Origin: a virus
Taxonomy: Duplodnaviria > Caudoviricetes
Strand: one strand, 5' to 3'
IMG/VR virus record: IMGVR_UViG_3300037420_000267
Coordinates: 1 to 30,046 of that record
DNA length: 30,046 bases
The notes under the pieces are model-generated. The model was given only the letters and a program-made list of their open reading frames with translations. It had not been told where the DNA came from and did no database searches. Of the stretch, positions 17,368-24,233 are shown in pieces (position 1 is the stretch's first letter; every line of letters starts with the position of its first letter). Position numbers and translations under genes: made by a program.

Positions 17368-17547
17368 TTAAGAGGCGTAGCGCCGGCGCTCGAGGAAGTC
17401 ATTCACACATTCCTGCCGGCGCGTGACCATCTCGCGGTACTTCTCGAGCTGCGCCGGATCTTGCGGGATCTCGTACGCGGCGTTGAACGCGATCATCTCA
17501 GTGAGATTCCGCATCTCAGCCCTGTCTGCGTCCGTCCACTCAGTCAC
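17368..17547 (-). CDS. Small hypothetical protein (59 aa; not in ORF track)
   Basis: GTG start overlapping the upstream TGA (GTGA), RBS GGAG. MTEWTDADRAEMRNLTEMIAFNAAYEIPQDPAQLEKYREMVTRRQECVNDFLERRRYAS*. Stop abuts the terminator. Confidence 0.75.
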   Translation of the reverse strand: MTEWTDADRAEMRNLTEMIAFNAAYEIPQDPAQLEKYREMVTRRQECVNDFLERRRYAS

Positions 17548-17798
17548 ACCGTCTCCTGTGAGCCGTGCTTGAGGATCTGGGCCGTGATGTCGTCCTCGCG
17601 GCGCTTGTAGATGCCAATTCGGACGGCTCCGACGATGGCGGCAATGATGCCGATAGCGATGAAGAGTGGGGATCGGTTGAACAACGTCATCCCAGCAAGC
17701 AGGAGGACCGCGCCGACGAGGACGAGGATGAGCCCCCCACGACGGGCGTCGATGGCCTTGGCCTTCATCTTCTCCAGGTGCGTCCCGTATTCATCCAT
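17544..17798 (-). CDS. Two-TM membrane protein (84 aa)
   Basis: ATG 17798 with a purine-rich RBS (GAGAGGGGGTG). Two hydrophobic helices: GLILVLVGAVLLLAGMTLF and LFIAIGIIAAIVGAV. Confidence 0.8.
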   Translation of the reverse strand: MDEYGTHLEKMKAKAIDARRGGLILVLVGAVLLLAGMTLFNRSPLFIAIGIIAAIVGAVRIGIYKRREDDITAQILKHGSQETV

Positions 17799-17818
17799 GC
17801 TATTCACCCCCTCTCGTG

Positions 17819-17891
17819 CGCCCCAGGCGGGGATCGAACCCGCGACCCGCCGATTAGAAGTCGGCCGCTCTGTCCGCTGAGCTACCGGGGC
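17819..17891 (-). tRNA. tRNA-Arg, anticodon UCU (no encoded CCA)
   Basis: GCCCCGG TA GCTCAGCGGACAGAGC G GCCGA CTTCTAA TCGGC GGGTC GCGGG TTCGATC CCCGC CTGGGGC G: complete 73-nt cloverleaf with all four stems pairing. Confidence 0.95.
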
Positions 17892-17907
17892 AGTATGTCG
17901 CCCCATC

Positions 17908-18774
17908 TTAGGCCATCACTTTCCGCCGGTGCGATACGGACGGGCACGACACAAGCGGCATACGCTCGAGGCCGTGTCGGATCTGCTCCGGATCGATGGC
18001 TGTGTAGAGTGTCGTCGTGCTCATCCTCTCGTGTCGCATTGCGTGCTGCGTGATGAAGGCGCTGACGCCGGCCCGGTTCATCTCAGTCGCCGTAGCAGCC
18101 CGTAGGTCGTGGGGTCGTCTTTTGATGCCCGCTCGCTTGATGGCGTCCGAGAGCAGGTCCGAGACGGACCGCCCCAGGATGTGCCCTTCGCCGGCCGCGT
18201 AGAGCTTGTTCGCGTGCCAGTTCGGGAACCAGTAGCCCTCGGCAGGCATCCGCTCGACGTGCTCCCACATGTGATCGGGGACCGGGATTTCGACGGTCTT
18301 GCCGCCCTTGCCGGTGACGGTGAGCGTGCGGGCGACGTGGTTGATGTCGTCGGCGTGGACCTTGGCTATCTCGGAGACGCGGAGCCCCAGATAGTAGTGC
18401 AGCAGCACCATCATCCGCGTCTTGGCGTAGATCCCGCTCTCAAGCAGGGCGTTGATTTCATCGATGGTGAACGGCGTAGGCTGCCGGCGCGGCACACGTA
18501 CGGAGGGGAGCCGGGCGGCCGGGTTGTCGGGCCGGAACTCTTCATCTTGGAGCCATGTGAAGAACGTATGCGCCGTGGAGCGGTAGTGGGCGCGAGTCTT
18601 GGGCGACCAGTCCTGCTCGGCCATCCAGGCGATGAGCTGCCGGCGGGTGATGCTCGCCGGTCCGGCGCCGGCGCCCTTGCACATGCGGTCGATGAACGCG
18701 ATGCGCTCTTCGATGGTGCGGGGCGCGAGCCCTTCGGCTTGCATGTACTGGCGCCAGAACTCAGTGATTTTCAT
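17908..18774 (-). CDS. int: Tyrosine integrase, short form lacking an N-terminal arm-binding domain
   Basis: 288 aa. Catalytic residues GLRVSE (R), GKGGK (K), HDLR (HxxR), MRH (H) and TTLYT (Y). Begins directly with the core-binding domain. RBS GAGGT. Confidence 0.93.
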   Translation of the reverse strand: MKITEFWRQYMQAEGLAPRTIEERIAFIDRMCKGAGAGPASITRRQLIAWMAEQDWSPKTRAHYRSTAHTFFTWLQDEEFRPDNPAARLPSVRVPRRQPTPFTIDEINALLESGIYAKTRMMVLLHYYLGLRVSEIAKVHADDINHVARTLTVTGKGGKTVEIPVPDHMWEHVERMPAEGYWFPNWHANKLYAAGEGHILGRSVSDLLSDAIKRAGIKRRPHDLRAATATEMNRAGVSAFITQHAMRHERMSTTTLYTAIDPEQIRHGLERMPLVSCPSVSHRRKVMA

Positions 18775-18915
18775 TACATTACCTCGATGCCTTGTTTGCC
18801 CCTGTCCCCCAGCGGGCAGGGCATTTCGAGATTAGTTAGGCTCCCGAGACAACATGCCGCACCTTCGTTTAAGTGTTACTCAGGTCACAGCAGAAATTTT
18901 GCATTTCGTGGGCTG

Positions 18916-19347
18916 TTATTGCGCCAGCACTGAGAGAAGAGTTGGTGACGCGAGGCGCCGGCGGCGGAAGTCAACGTGCGTCACAACGTCTTCGACGCGC
19001 GTCATCAGACTTCCGTCCTTGTAATCCCTAGTCCGGAGGTTCGCCGGATCGGGCGCCTGGAACAGCGGCACGGCCGCGATCCGCTGGCCCGTCGGCCGCT
19101 CATCCGAGAACCCTAGAAGCCATGCCGTCGGAACCCCGAGAGCCCTTCCGAACTCATCGAAATCATCGACTTGCGTGTGTGTGCGGAGGTTTAGGCGGGC
19201 GGATACCCACGTTTGAGAGCGATGCATTCTGCGCGCAAGCTCTGCGTCGGCGATACGCCACTCTCCAAGGAGAGAGCGCAGGCGGCGGATAGCGGCTACT
19301 TCGCGTGATTCGTAGCCGTCGTGCTGGGTTTCGACTGACTGACTCAT
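18916..19347 (-). CDS. Immunity repressor (XRE-type HTH); start 19347 (leaderless) or 19356
   Basis: AELARRMHRSQTWVSARL...ALGVPTAWLLG helix-turn-helix. Divergent from Cro and co-oriented with int. Confidence 0.85.
   Translation of the reverse strand: MSQSVETQHDGYESREVAAIRRLRSLLGEWRIADAELARRMHRSQTWVSARLNLRTHTQVDDFDEFGRALGVPTAWLLGFSDERPTGQRIAAVPLFQAPDPANLRTRDYKDGSLMTRVEDVVTHVDFRRRRLASPTLLSVLAQ
19009..19043 (+). other. Putative attP core inside the repressor gene (degenerate tRNA 3' half)
   Basis: CTTGTAA-TCCCT-AGTCC-GGAGG-TTCG has tRNA anticodon loop / stem / variable loop / T-arm spacing. Imperfect inverted repeat ACTTCCG (19009-15) / CGGAGGT (19034-40) centred on GTAATCCC. Confidence 0.72.
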
Positions 19348-19354
19348 GTTCCCC

Positions 19355-19382
19355 ATCTTATAGGTGAGAATCGCCTAGTCAA
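19355..19382 (-). promoter_or_regulatory. Repressor promoter (SigA-type, leaderless)
   Basis: Minus strand: TTGACT-N16-TAAGAT-N7-ATG(19347). Confidence 0.7.
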
Positions 19383-19393
19383 CCGGTGAGTAG
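19375..19393. promoter_or_regulatory. Operator-like site 1 (CTAG-N11-GTAG)
   Basis: CTAGTCAACCGGTGAGTAG, overlapping the -35 of the repressor promoter. Confidence 0.55.
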
Positions 19394-19470
19394 AGATTCT
19401 TCCTCTACAAATCCTGTCAGTATCCTTGCACAAAACTGCGTGAATGTTTGATTACCGGGTAACGGGGCAC

Positions 19471-19499
19471 TTGCCTACTAGTCGCATCTGAACTAGGTT
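19471..19499 (+). promoter_or_regulatory. Early lytic promoter (leaderless cro) containing operator-like site 2
   Basis: TTGCCT-N17-TAGGTT-N6-ATG(19506). CTAGTCGCATCTGAACTAG at 19478-19496. Confidence 0.75.
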
Positions 19500-19505
19500 A
19501 GTTGC

Positions 19506-19763
19506 ATGTCAACCAGACTGAAGCCCCTACCCGACGACATCGCCCCGCGCGATGCAATCGTGACGCAGAACATCCGCGACTTGTACGTAACGCTGGAGCT
19601 TACGCAGAAGACGCTCGCCCCCCAGCTCGGACTTACCCAAGAGTCCGTGAGCCGGTACCTCCGCGGCGCAAGCCGCTGGACCATCGACATGATCTTCACC
19701 TGGGCCGCGGCTCTCGGCGTCTCGGTTGAAGCTCTCATCCACCCGAAGGCGCAGGAGAACTAA
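19506..19763 (+). CDS. Cro-like XRE HTH regulator
   Basis: LTQKTLAPQLGLTQESVSRYLRG...W....A.ALGVSVEAL. First gene of the rightward early operon. Confidence 0.85.
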   Translation: MSTRLKPLPDDIAPRDAIVTQNIRDLYVTLELTQKTLAPQLGLTQESVSRYLRGASRWTIDMIFTWAAALGVSVEALIHPKAQEN

Positions 19764-19766
19764 GAG

Positions 19767-20066
19767 ATGGCACAAGCTCCCGAGTGGCAGAAGCGCCTCT
19801 ATGAGCGCTACCCCACGAAGAAGATCACTCTCTGTCGCATCGACAAGAACTTCATGCCGTGGACAGTCTTCGCGCCTCATGGCTACTACTTCGCCCCTGA
19901 CGAGACGATCAGTCGTGCGCGGCCATCCGTCTGCCGCGTCTTCGACTCATACGCCGAAGCCGCCGACTACCTCCGTCACGCGCTGCGCGAAGGGCTCATG
20001 GTCAAGGGCCGGCCGGCGGCGGTCAAGGGCTCGCTCGCCGAGTTCAAGGATTGGATAAAGGCGTGA
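19767..20066 (+). CDS. Hypothetical protein
   Basis: RBS AGGAG, tight packing, phage-like codon usage. Confidence 0.7.
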   Translation: MAQAPEWQKRLYERYPTKKITLCRIDKNFMPWTVFAPHGYYFAPDETISRARPSVCRVFDSYAEAADYLRHALREGLMVKGRPAAVKGSLAEFKDWIKA

Positions 20067-20872
20067 CCGACATCGCACTGCCTGACGGCCGGACGATGCC
20101 GGCCGACGAATACCGGCGGCGTCTGGAGCTCCTGAAGGCGCCGTTCCCCGCCGACGAGCTCGAGAAGCTGCCCAAGCAGATCAAGAAGAACGACGAGGAC
20201 CGCGGGCGCTGCGAGGACACGCAGCGCGGGCGCTACTACAGCGCCGACGGGTACTTCTGTGGCGGCTGGCATGCGCGCTCGATGCACCTCGACTACGTGG
20301 GCCACGCCGGCATCACCGACCGCCTCAACGAAGTCGATCCGCTATGGGACTGGGCGCCGCTGGCGCTCACGCAGCACGGGACTCCGCTGTTCTCCGACGG
20401 CGGCATGTGGGGGAGACTCACCGTGCTCGGCATGACCCGCATCGGCTTCGGCGACGCCGGCAACAAGACCGGCCCGAACGCGACCAAGGAAATCATCGGC
20501 GACTTCATCCGCAACGCGGCCATGCGCTTCGGCGTCGGAACCTACCTGTGGTCCAAGTCCGATGCCGCATTGGCGAAGAAGCGCGCAGAAGAGGGCGACG
20601 ACGCACAGGTATCAGGACCGCCCGTCGCGCCGGCCGCCGAGCAGCCGCCACCCGAGCCGTGGGATGAGAAGCGCGCCACCGCGGCGATCCACTTCGCGAG
20701 GCGCACACCGAACCCCGAGGCGACGCTCCGCTCCGCGTGGGACGCCGCAAGCCAAGCGGGCTCCGATCAGAAGATCCTCGACATGATCGAAGCCGCCGCG
20801 CAGCCCGCCACCTACCAGCAGGTACCGCCCACCGGCGCGACGCCGGCCCATGAGAGCGAGATAGTGAATTGA
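20063..20872 (+). CDS. Rad52/Rad22-like (Sak-type) single-strand annealing protein
   Basis: L.APFP, LDYVGHA.ITDRL.EVDP.W.W and KE.IGD.IRNAAMRFGVG.YLW motifs. GTGA overlap start. Confidence 0.8.
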   Translation: MTDIALPDGRTMPADEYRRRLELLKAPFPADELEKLPKQIKKNDEDRGRCEDTQRGRYYSADGYFCGGWHARSMHLDYVGHAGITDRLNEVDPLWDWAPLALTQHGTPLFSDGGMWGRLTVLGMTRIGFGDAGNKTGPNATKEIIGDFIRNAAMRFGVGTYLWSKSDAALAKKRAEEGDDAQVSGPPVAPAAEQPPPEPWDEKRATAAIHFARRTPNPEATLRSAWDAASQAGSDQKILDMIEAAAQPATYQQVPPTGATPAHESEIVN

Positions 20873-21414
20873 CTCTGAAGCAGCGCAACCTCCGGTTCGT
20901 CCTCGAGAAGACCGTCGTGGACATCCTCAAGGCCGAGGTGGACAAGAACCGCGCCAACCTCATGACCGATCTGCTCGACATCTACGACGAGACGGGCAAC
21001 AAGTCCTTCAGCGTGCACATCCCCGGCGCCGAGAAAGTCGCCACCATCACCATCGCCGAGCCGAAGCCCACGACGAAGGTGGACGACGAGGCTCTGCTCG
21101 CCTGGTGCCGCGAGCACCGCCCGGATCTGCTCGAGGCGGTCCACCACCCCGCGCAGGAGGCGTGGGACGAGGTGAAGCTCCGCGACACCGCGGCCGCCGA
21201 GCTCGCGAAGGCATCCAAACTCGCCGGCACGCTCTACATGACCGAGGACGGCGAGCTCATCGACGGCCTCGAGTACGAACCCGCTGGCCGCCCGAAGTCG
21301 TTCACGGTCCGCTACGAAGGCGGCAAGGATGGTCAGCAGCGCGTCATCGACGCCTGGAAGTCCGGTGAGCTCGCCGAAATCACCTCCAACGTCCTCCCAC
21401 AGATTGAGGCGTGA
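20869..21414 (+). CDS. Hypothetical protein in the recombination module
   Basis: TTGA overlap, phage-like codon usage, V.D..AL.AW.....PD motif. Function not assignable. Confidence 0.7.
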   Translation: MTLKQRNLRFVLEKTVVDILKAEVDKNRANLMTDLLDIYDETGNKSFSVHIPGAEKVATITIAEPKPTTKVDDEALLAWCREHRPDLLEAVHHPAQEAWDEVKLRDTAAAELAKASKLAGTLYMTEDGELIDGLEYEPAGRPKSFTVRYEGGKDGQQRVIDAWKSGELAEITSNVLPQIEA

Positions 21415-21415
21415 C

Positions 21416-21742
21416 ATGACGACGGAGACGCAGCTCTTCGCCGCCGTGGAGCTCGTCTACCACGAGACGCTGCAATGCGAAGAGGCAGGGCACCCGAAGC
21501 ACGTGTTCGGCACGGGCGTTGACTGCCTGGGCATCCCGCACTACGGGGACGCATCCCACTACCTGCACCTCGAAGGCCACGGCGACTGCCAGCAGACCCA
21601 AATCGAAGCGGTCTGCGCCGGCGTCGTCGCATGGGTGATCCGCAACCGGTTCAACGTCTTCACGTGCGTCACATGCCAGCGGCAGACGCAGCTCGCCGAC
21701 TACGCGACCATCTTGGGCCGCATCGCCGACATCAGGAGATGA
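21416..21742 (+). CDS. Hypothetical Cys/His-rich protein
   Basis: ATG 21416 after GAGG. Several Cys/His pairs (CAG, CVTC). Confidence 0.65.
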   Translation: MTTETQLFAAVELVYHETLQCEEAGHPKHVFGTGVDCLGIPHYGDASHYLHLEGHGDCQQTQIEAVCAGVVAWVIRNRFNVFTCVTCQRQTQLADYATILGRIADIRR

Positions 21743-21745
21743 CCG

Positions 21746-21991
21746 ATGGTCTACCAATCAATCGCGGCGCCGAAGTGGACCGGCCATCGGTTCATCTGGA
21801 CCATGCTGTGCGACAAGTGCGGCCACGCCTCCGAGCCGTCGTGGACTCAGCTAAGCCTGGGCCACTTCCGCATCCAGGGCTGGGAGCTAAGGCCGGCCGG
21901 CGTCCCCACCTGGGACATCTGCCCGACATGCAAGCTCGAATTGGAAGGAGAGCGCAAACGTGACCTCGCGTTCGCCAGAGAAAACAGTTGA
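21746..21991 (+). CDS. Small zinc-ribbon-like protein
   Basis: CDKC...GW...DICPTC. RBS AGGAG. Confidence 0.7.
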   Translation: MVYQSIAAPKWTGHRFIWTMLCDKCGHASEPSWTQLSLGHFRIQGWELRPAGVPTWDICPTCKLELEGERKRDLAFARENS

Positions 21992-22184
21992 GCACCGGCT
22001 CCGGGCGCTCACCCGCCGCCGCGAATGGCTGCGGAAGCGCATCGCCGCCAGCGCGGACCTGGGGAGCATGTCGTTCGACCGTGCCGAGATGACCGCGCTC
22101 AACCTCGCCATCCACCTCATCGAGACGCACCCGGAGGCCGCCGCCGAGGCCGCGCTCGATCTGAAGAGGACGAAGAGCGCATGA
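21960..22184 (+). CDS. Hypothetical protein
   Basis: RBS AAGGAG, helical, ATGA overlap with the next gene. Confidence 0.6.
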   Translation: MTSRSPEKTVEHRLRALTRRREWLRKRIAASADLGSMSFDRAEMTALNLAIHLIETHPEAAAEAALDLKRTKSA

Positions 22185-22567
22185 GCTTCGACCGCGACGC
22201 CGCGCTGCGCGAGGCGAACCGGCTCACCGGCGCGAACCGGATCATCGCCCGCATGTGGGCGTATCAGACGGACCTCGAGCAGCAGGCATGGATCTTCTCG
22301 GAAGCGAAGACCGCGTACGGGCGGATGCTCGGCCGGACCGTCATCAAGAAGCGGATGGACGGCGAGCGCTCGGCGGAAGTCGCCGCACACCACGCCGAAC
22401 AGGAAGACGAGGTGTTCAACGCGCACCTCGCTTACCGCAAAGCCGAGCAGATGCTCACCGCTGACCGTGAGGCGCTGAAGATCCTGCACGCCGAGCTCGA
22501 CTGGATGCGGACCGAGCAGGCCAACAGCCGAGCGGAGAACACCTTCATGGCGCCGCGGACGCCATGA
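22181..22567 (+). CDS. Hypothetical coiled-coil protein
   Basis: Start ATG 22181 (ATGA overlap, GAGGA upstream). MSFDRDAALREANR... Confidence 0.7.
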   Translation: MSFDRDAALREANRLTGANRIIARMWAYQTDLEQQAWIFSEAKTAYGRMLGRTVIKKRMDGERSAEVAAHHAEQEDEVFNAHLAYRKAEQMLTADREALKILHAELDWMRTEQANSRAENTFMAPRTP

Positions 22568-22917
22568 CCCGCTTCGCTCCTGGCGCCCAATGCCCGGACT
22601 GCCACCGCCCACTGCGCCGGCGCAAAGACCCGCCGTCCGGCAACCCGAACGAAGTGGTGCACGGCGGCCGCGGACTGTGCGCAGGATGCTACCGAGCCCG
22701 CCACCGCTTCAAGACGCTCGAACGGGTAGAGCCTACGGGCATTGAGCCAACGTGGGGCGCCGGCCGCCCCAAGCGGATCGTGGAAGACGAGCCGGATCTG
22801 AGAGTGGACGAAACGGCCGCCGAGATAGTCGCCTACATCCGAGCCCGCCGCGCCCGCGGCATCGCCAGCGATAAGAGCCTTGCAGGAATACCCCTACTGA
22901 AGGAGTTGGAAGCATGA
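22564..22917 (+). CDS. Zinc-finger protein (CxxC...GLCxxCY)
   Basis: CPDC...HGGRGLCAGCY. ATGA overlaps at both ends. Confidence 0.7.
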   Translation: MTRFAPGAQCPDCHRPLRRRKDPPSGNPNEVVHGGRGLCAGCYRARHRFKTLERVEPTGIEPTWGAGRPKRIVEDEPDLRVDETAAEIVAYIRARRARGIASDKSLAGIPLLKELEA

Positions 22918-23204
22918 CGCAGCCAATCAAGTACCGAAAGAAGCCCATCATCATCGAAGCGATCCAGCTCGAGGACAACCCGCCTAGTTTCGTGGACGCG
23001 CTCGAGTGGATCAATAAGCACGGCGGCAAGGCGGCCGTGGATACCTCCACGTCGGCGCCATTCATCACCATCGAAACCCTGAACGGGCAACAGCCCGCCA
23101 AAGCCGGTGACGCGATCATTCACGGGTACGGCAACGAGTTCTACCCGTGCCCGAAGGCAGTGTTCGAGGCGACGTACGACCGGATCGTGGAGCGCCGCCG
23201 GTGA
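22914..23204 (+). CDS. Conserved phage hypothetical protein (YRKKP...EA.Q / GD.II / F..TY family)
   Basis: Recognisable motif set YRKKPIIIEAIQ, IETLNG, GDAII and EFYPCPKAVFEATYD. Confidence 0.75.
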   Translation: MTQPIKYRKKPIIIEAIQLEDNPPSFVDALEWINKHGGKAAVDTSTSAPFITIETLNGQQPAKAGDAIIHGYGNEFYPCPKAVFEATYDRIVERRR

Positions 23205-23542
23205 GACGCCGCGCCCAGATGTCAGCGAAGGAGTTCGACCGCTACCTCGAGCGTGACGGCGGCCGCTGCGTGCACTGCGGCACCACCGAAGGGCTCGTCC
23301 CGCAGCACCGCGCAGGCCGCGGCGCCGGCGGCTCGCGCTCGCTGAACCGCCCATCGAACATCATCGTCCTCTGCTCGAGCCTCAACGGGCTCATCGAGCA
23401 CGACGCCGAGACAGCCCATTGGGCGTTCGGCCACGGCTGGCACCTGAAGCGCTGGCAGAACCCGCTCGAGGTGCCCGTGAGGTACGCCACCGAAGGCGGC
23501 CTCTGGCTCTTACGTGACGACTACACGCGTGTCAGCGTATAG
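23201..23542 (+). CDS. HNH-like endonuclease
   Basis: RDGGRCVHCG...QHR..RG.GG...NIIVLC...N. Start GTG 23201 or ATG 23219. Confidence 0.75.
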   Translation: MRRRAQMSAKEFDRYLERDGGRCVHCGTTEGLVPQHRAGRGAGGSRSLNRPSNIIVLCSSLNGLIEHDAETAHWAFGHGWHLKRWQNPLEVPVRYATEGGLWLLRDDYTRVSV

Positions 23543-23558
23543 TCGGAATCCAACCAAC

Positions 23559-23577
23559 CTAGAGAGAAAGCAACTAG
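23559..23577. promoter_or_regulatory. Operator-like site 3 (CTAG-N11-CTAG)
   Basis: CTAGAGAGAAAGCAACTAG in the intergenic gap, covering the RBS of the clamp gene. Confidence 0.5.
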
Positions 23578-23579
23578 AC

Positions 23580-24197
23580 ATGCCCACCCTGACGAATGCC
23601 CAGCTTCACGCGCTCATCAAGCCGATCCTCCCGTTCGCATCCAAAGACACCACCCTCCCGATCCTCACCGCGATACACTTCGCGCCGCTCGGCGACAAGC
23701 TCACCGCCTACGCAACCGACCGGTATCGCGTCGGCCGCATGAGGCTCCCCCAGGTGGACGCTGAAGGCTTCCAGGCGACAATCCCGGTAGCGACCGTGAA
23801 GTGGCTTCTCACTGTGTTCAAAGTCAAGGACAAGGAGAACCGTGTCACGCTCGCGATGAAGGATGATGAGACGGTCAGCGTTACCGGCTCAACCCAATGG
23901 GGGCCGGCGATCAGCGCCGAAATCTCGCTCGCGCTCGGCGAATACCCGAAGATCTATGGGCTCTTCCCAGAGGACATTGGCAAGTACGAGCATGCCGCAT
24001 CGGCCGCGATGAACGGCCAGTTCCTCGCCGACATGGGAGCCGTCGCCGGGAACGGATACGGCGTGCCGCCCATCGAGATTCGCATGACCGGCCAGAACCA
24101 GAACAAGGCTGTGCTCTTCTCTCACAACGTCGAAGACTATGCCGAGTTCGCGGGCCTGCTCATGCCCGTACGGATGCCGTCGGCGTCCGACAAATGA
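23580..24197 (+). CDS. DNA polymerase III beta sliding-clamp-like protein
   Basis: FASKD.TLPILTAI, AYATDRYR, GEYP, N..FL.D and LLMPVR motifs. About 205 aa (two-domain phage form). Confidence 0.8.
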   Translation: MPTLTNAQLHALIKPILPFASKDTTLPILTAIHFAPLGDKLTAYATDRYRVGRMRLPQVDAEGFQATIPVATVKWLLTVFKVKDKENRVTLAMKDDETVSVTGSTQWGPAISAEISLALGEYPKIYGLFPEDIGKYEHAASAAMNGQFLADMGAVAGNGYGVPPIEIRMTGQNQNKAVLFSHNVEDYAEFAGLLMPVRMPSASDK

Positions 24198-24233
24198 GCC
24201 GTGCTCGCAACCGAGAGAGAGGGGCGTGAGCCG

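Noticed and set aside
17819-17891. tRNA as a host gene marking a prophage boundary (attL/attR)
   Set aside because: Phage genes continue on both sides in virion gene order and no host genes are present, so the tRNA is phage-borne.
17819-17891. tRNA-Arg(UCU) as codon-usage compensation for lytic genes
   Set aside because: By eye AGA codons are rare in the highly expressed capsid and tail genes, and the tRNA lies in the lysogeny block. Not formally counted, so disfavoured rather than excluded.
17799-17906. N-terminal extension of ORF 17544..17906 in the track
   Set aside because: It runs through the tRNA gene. The ATG at 17798 has its own RBS and gives a clean two-TM protein.
18797-18823. Imperfect hairpin between repressor and integrase as a terminator
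   Set aside because: The stem (TGCCCCTGTCCC/GGGCAGGGCA) is bulged and has no U-tract on the transcribed minus strand. It may be regulatory but is not supportable as a feature.
23201-23542. HNH gene as part of a self-splicing intron or homing element
   Set aside because: It does not interrupt a gene and is translationally coupled within the early operon.
23514-23545. Promoter upstream of the clamp gene (TATAGT at 23538)
   Set aside because: The -10 is plausible but the -35 is poor, so only the operator-like site was reported.
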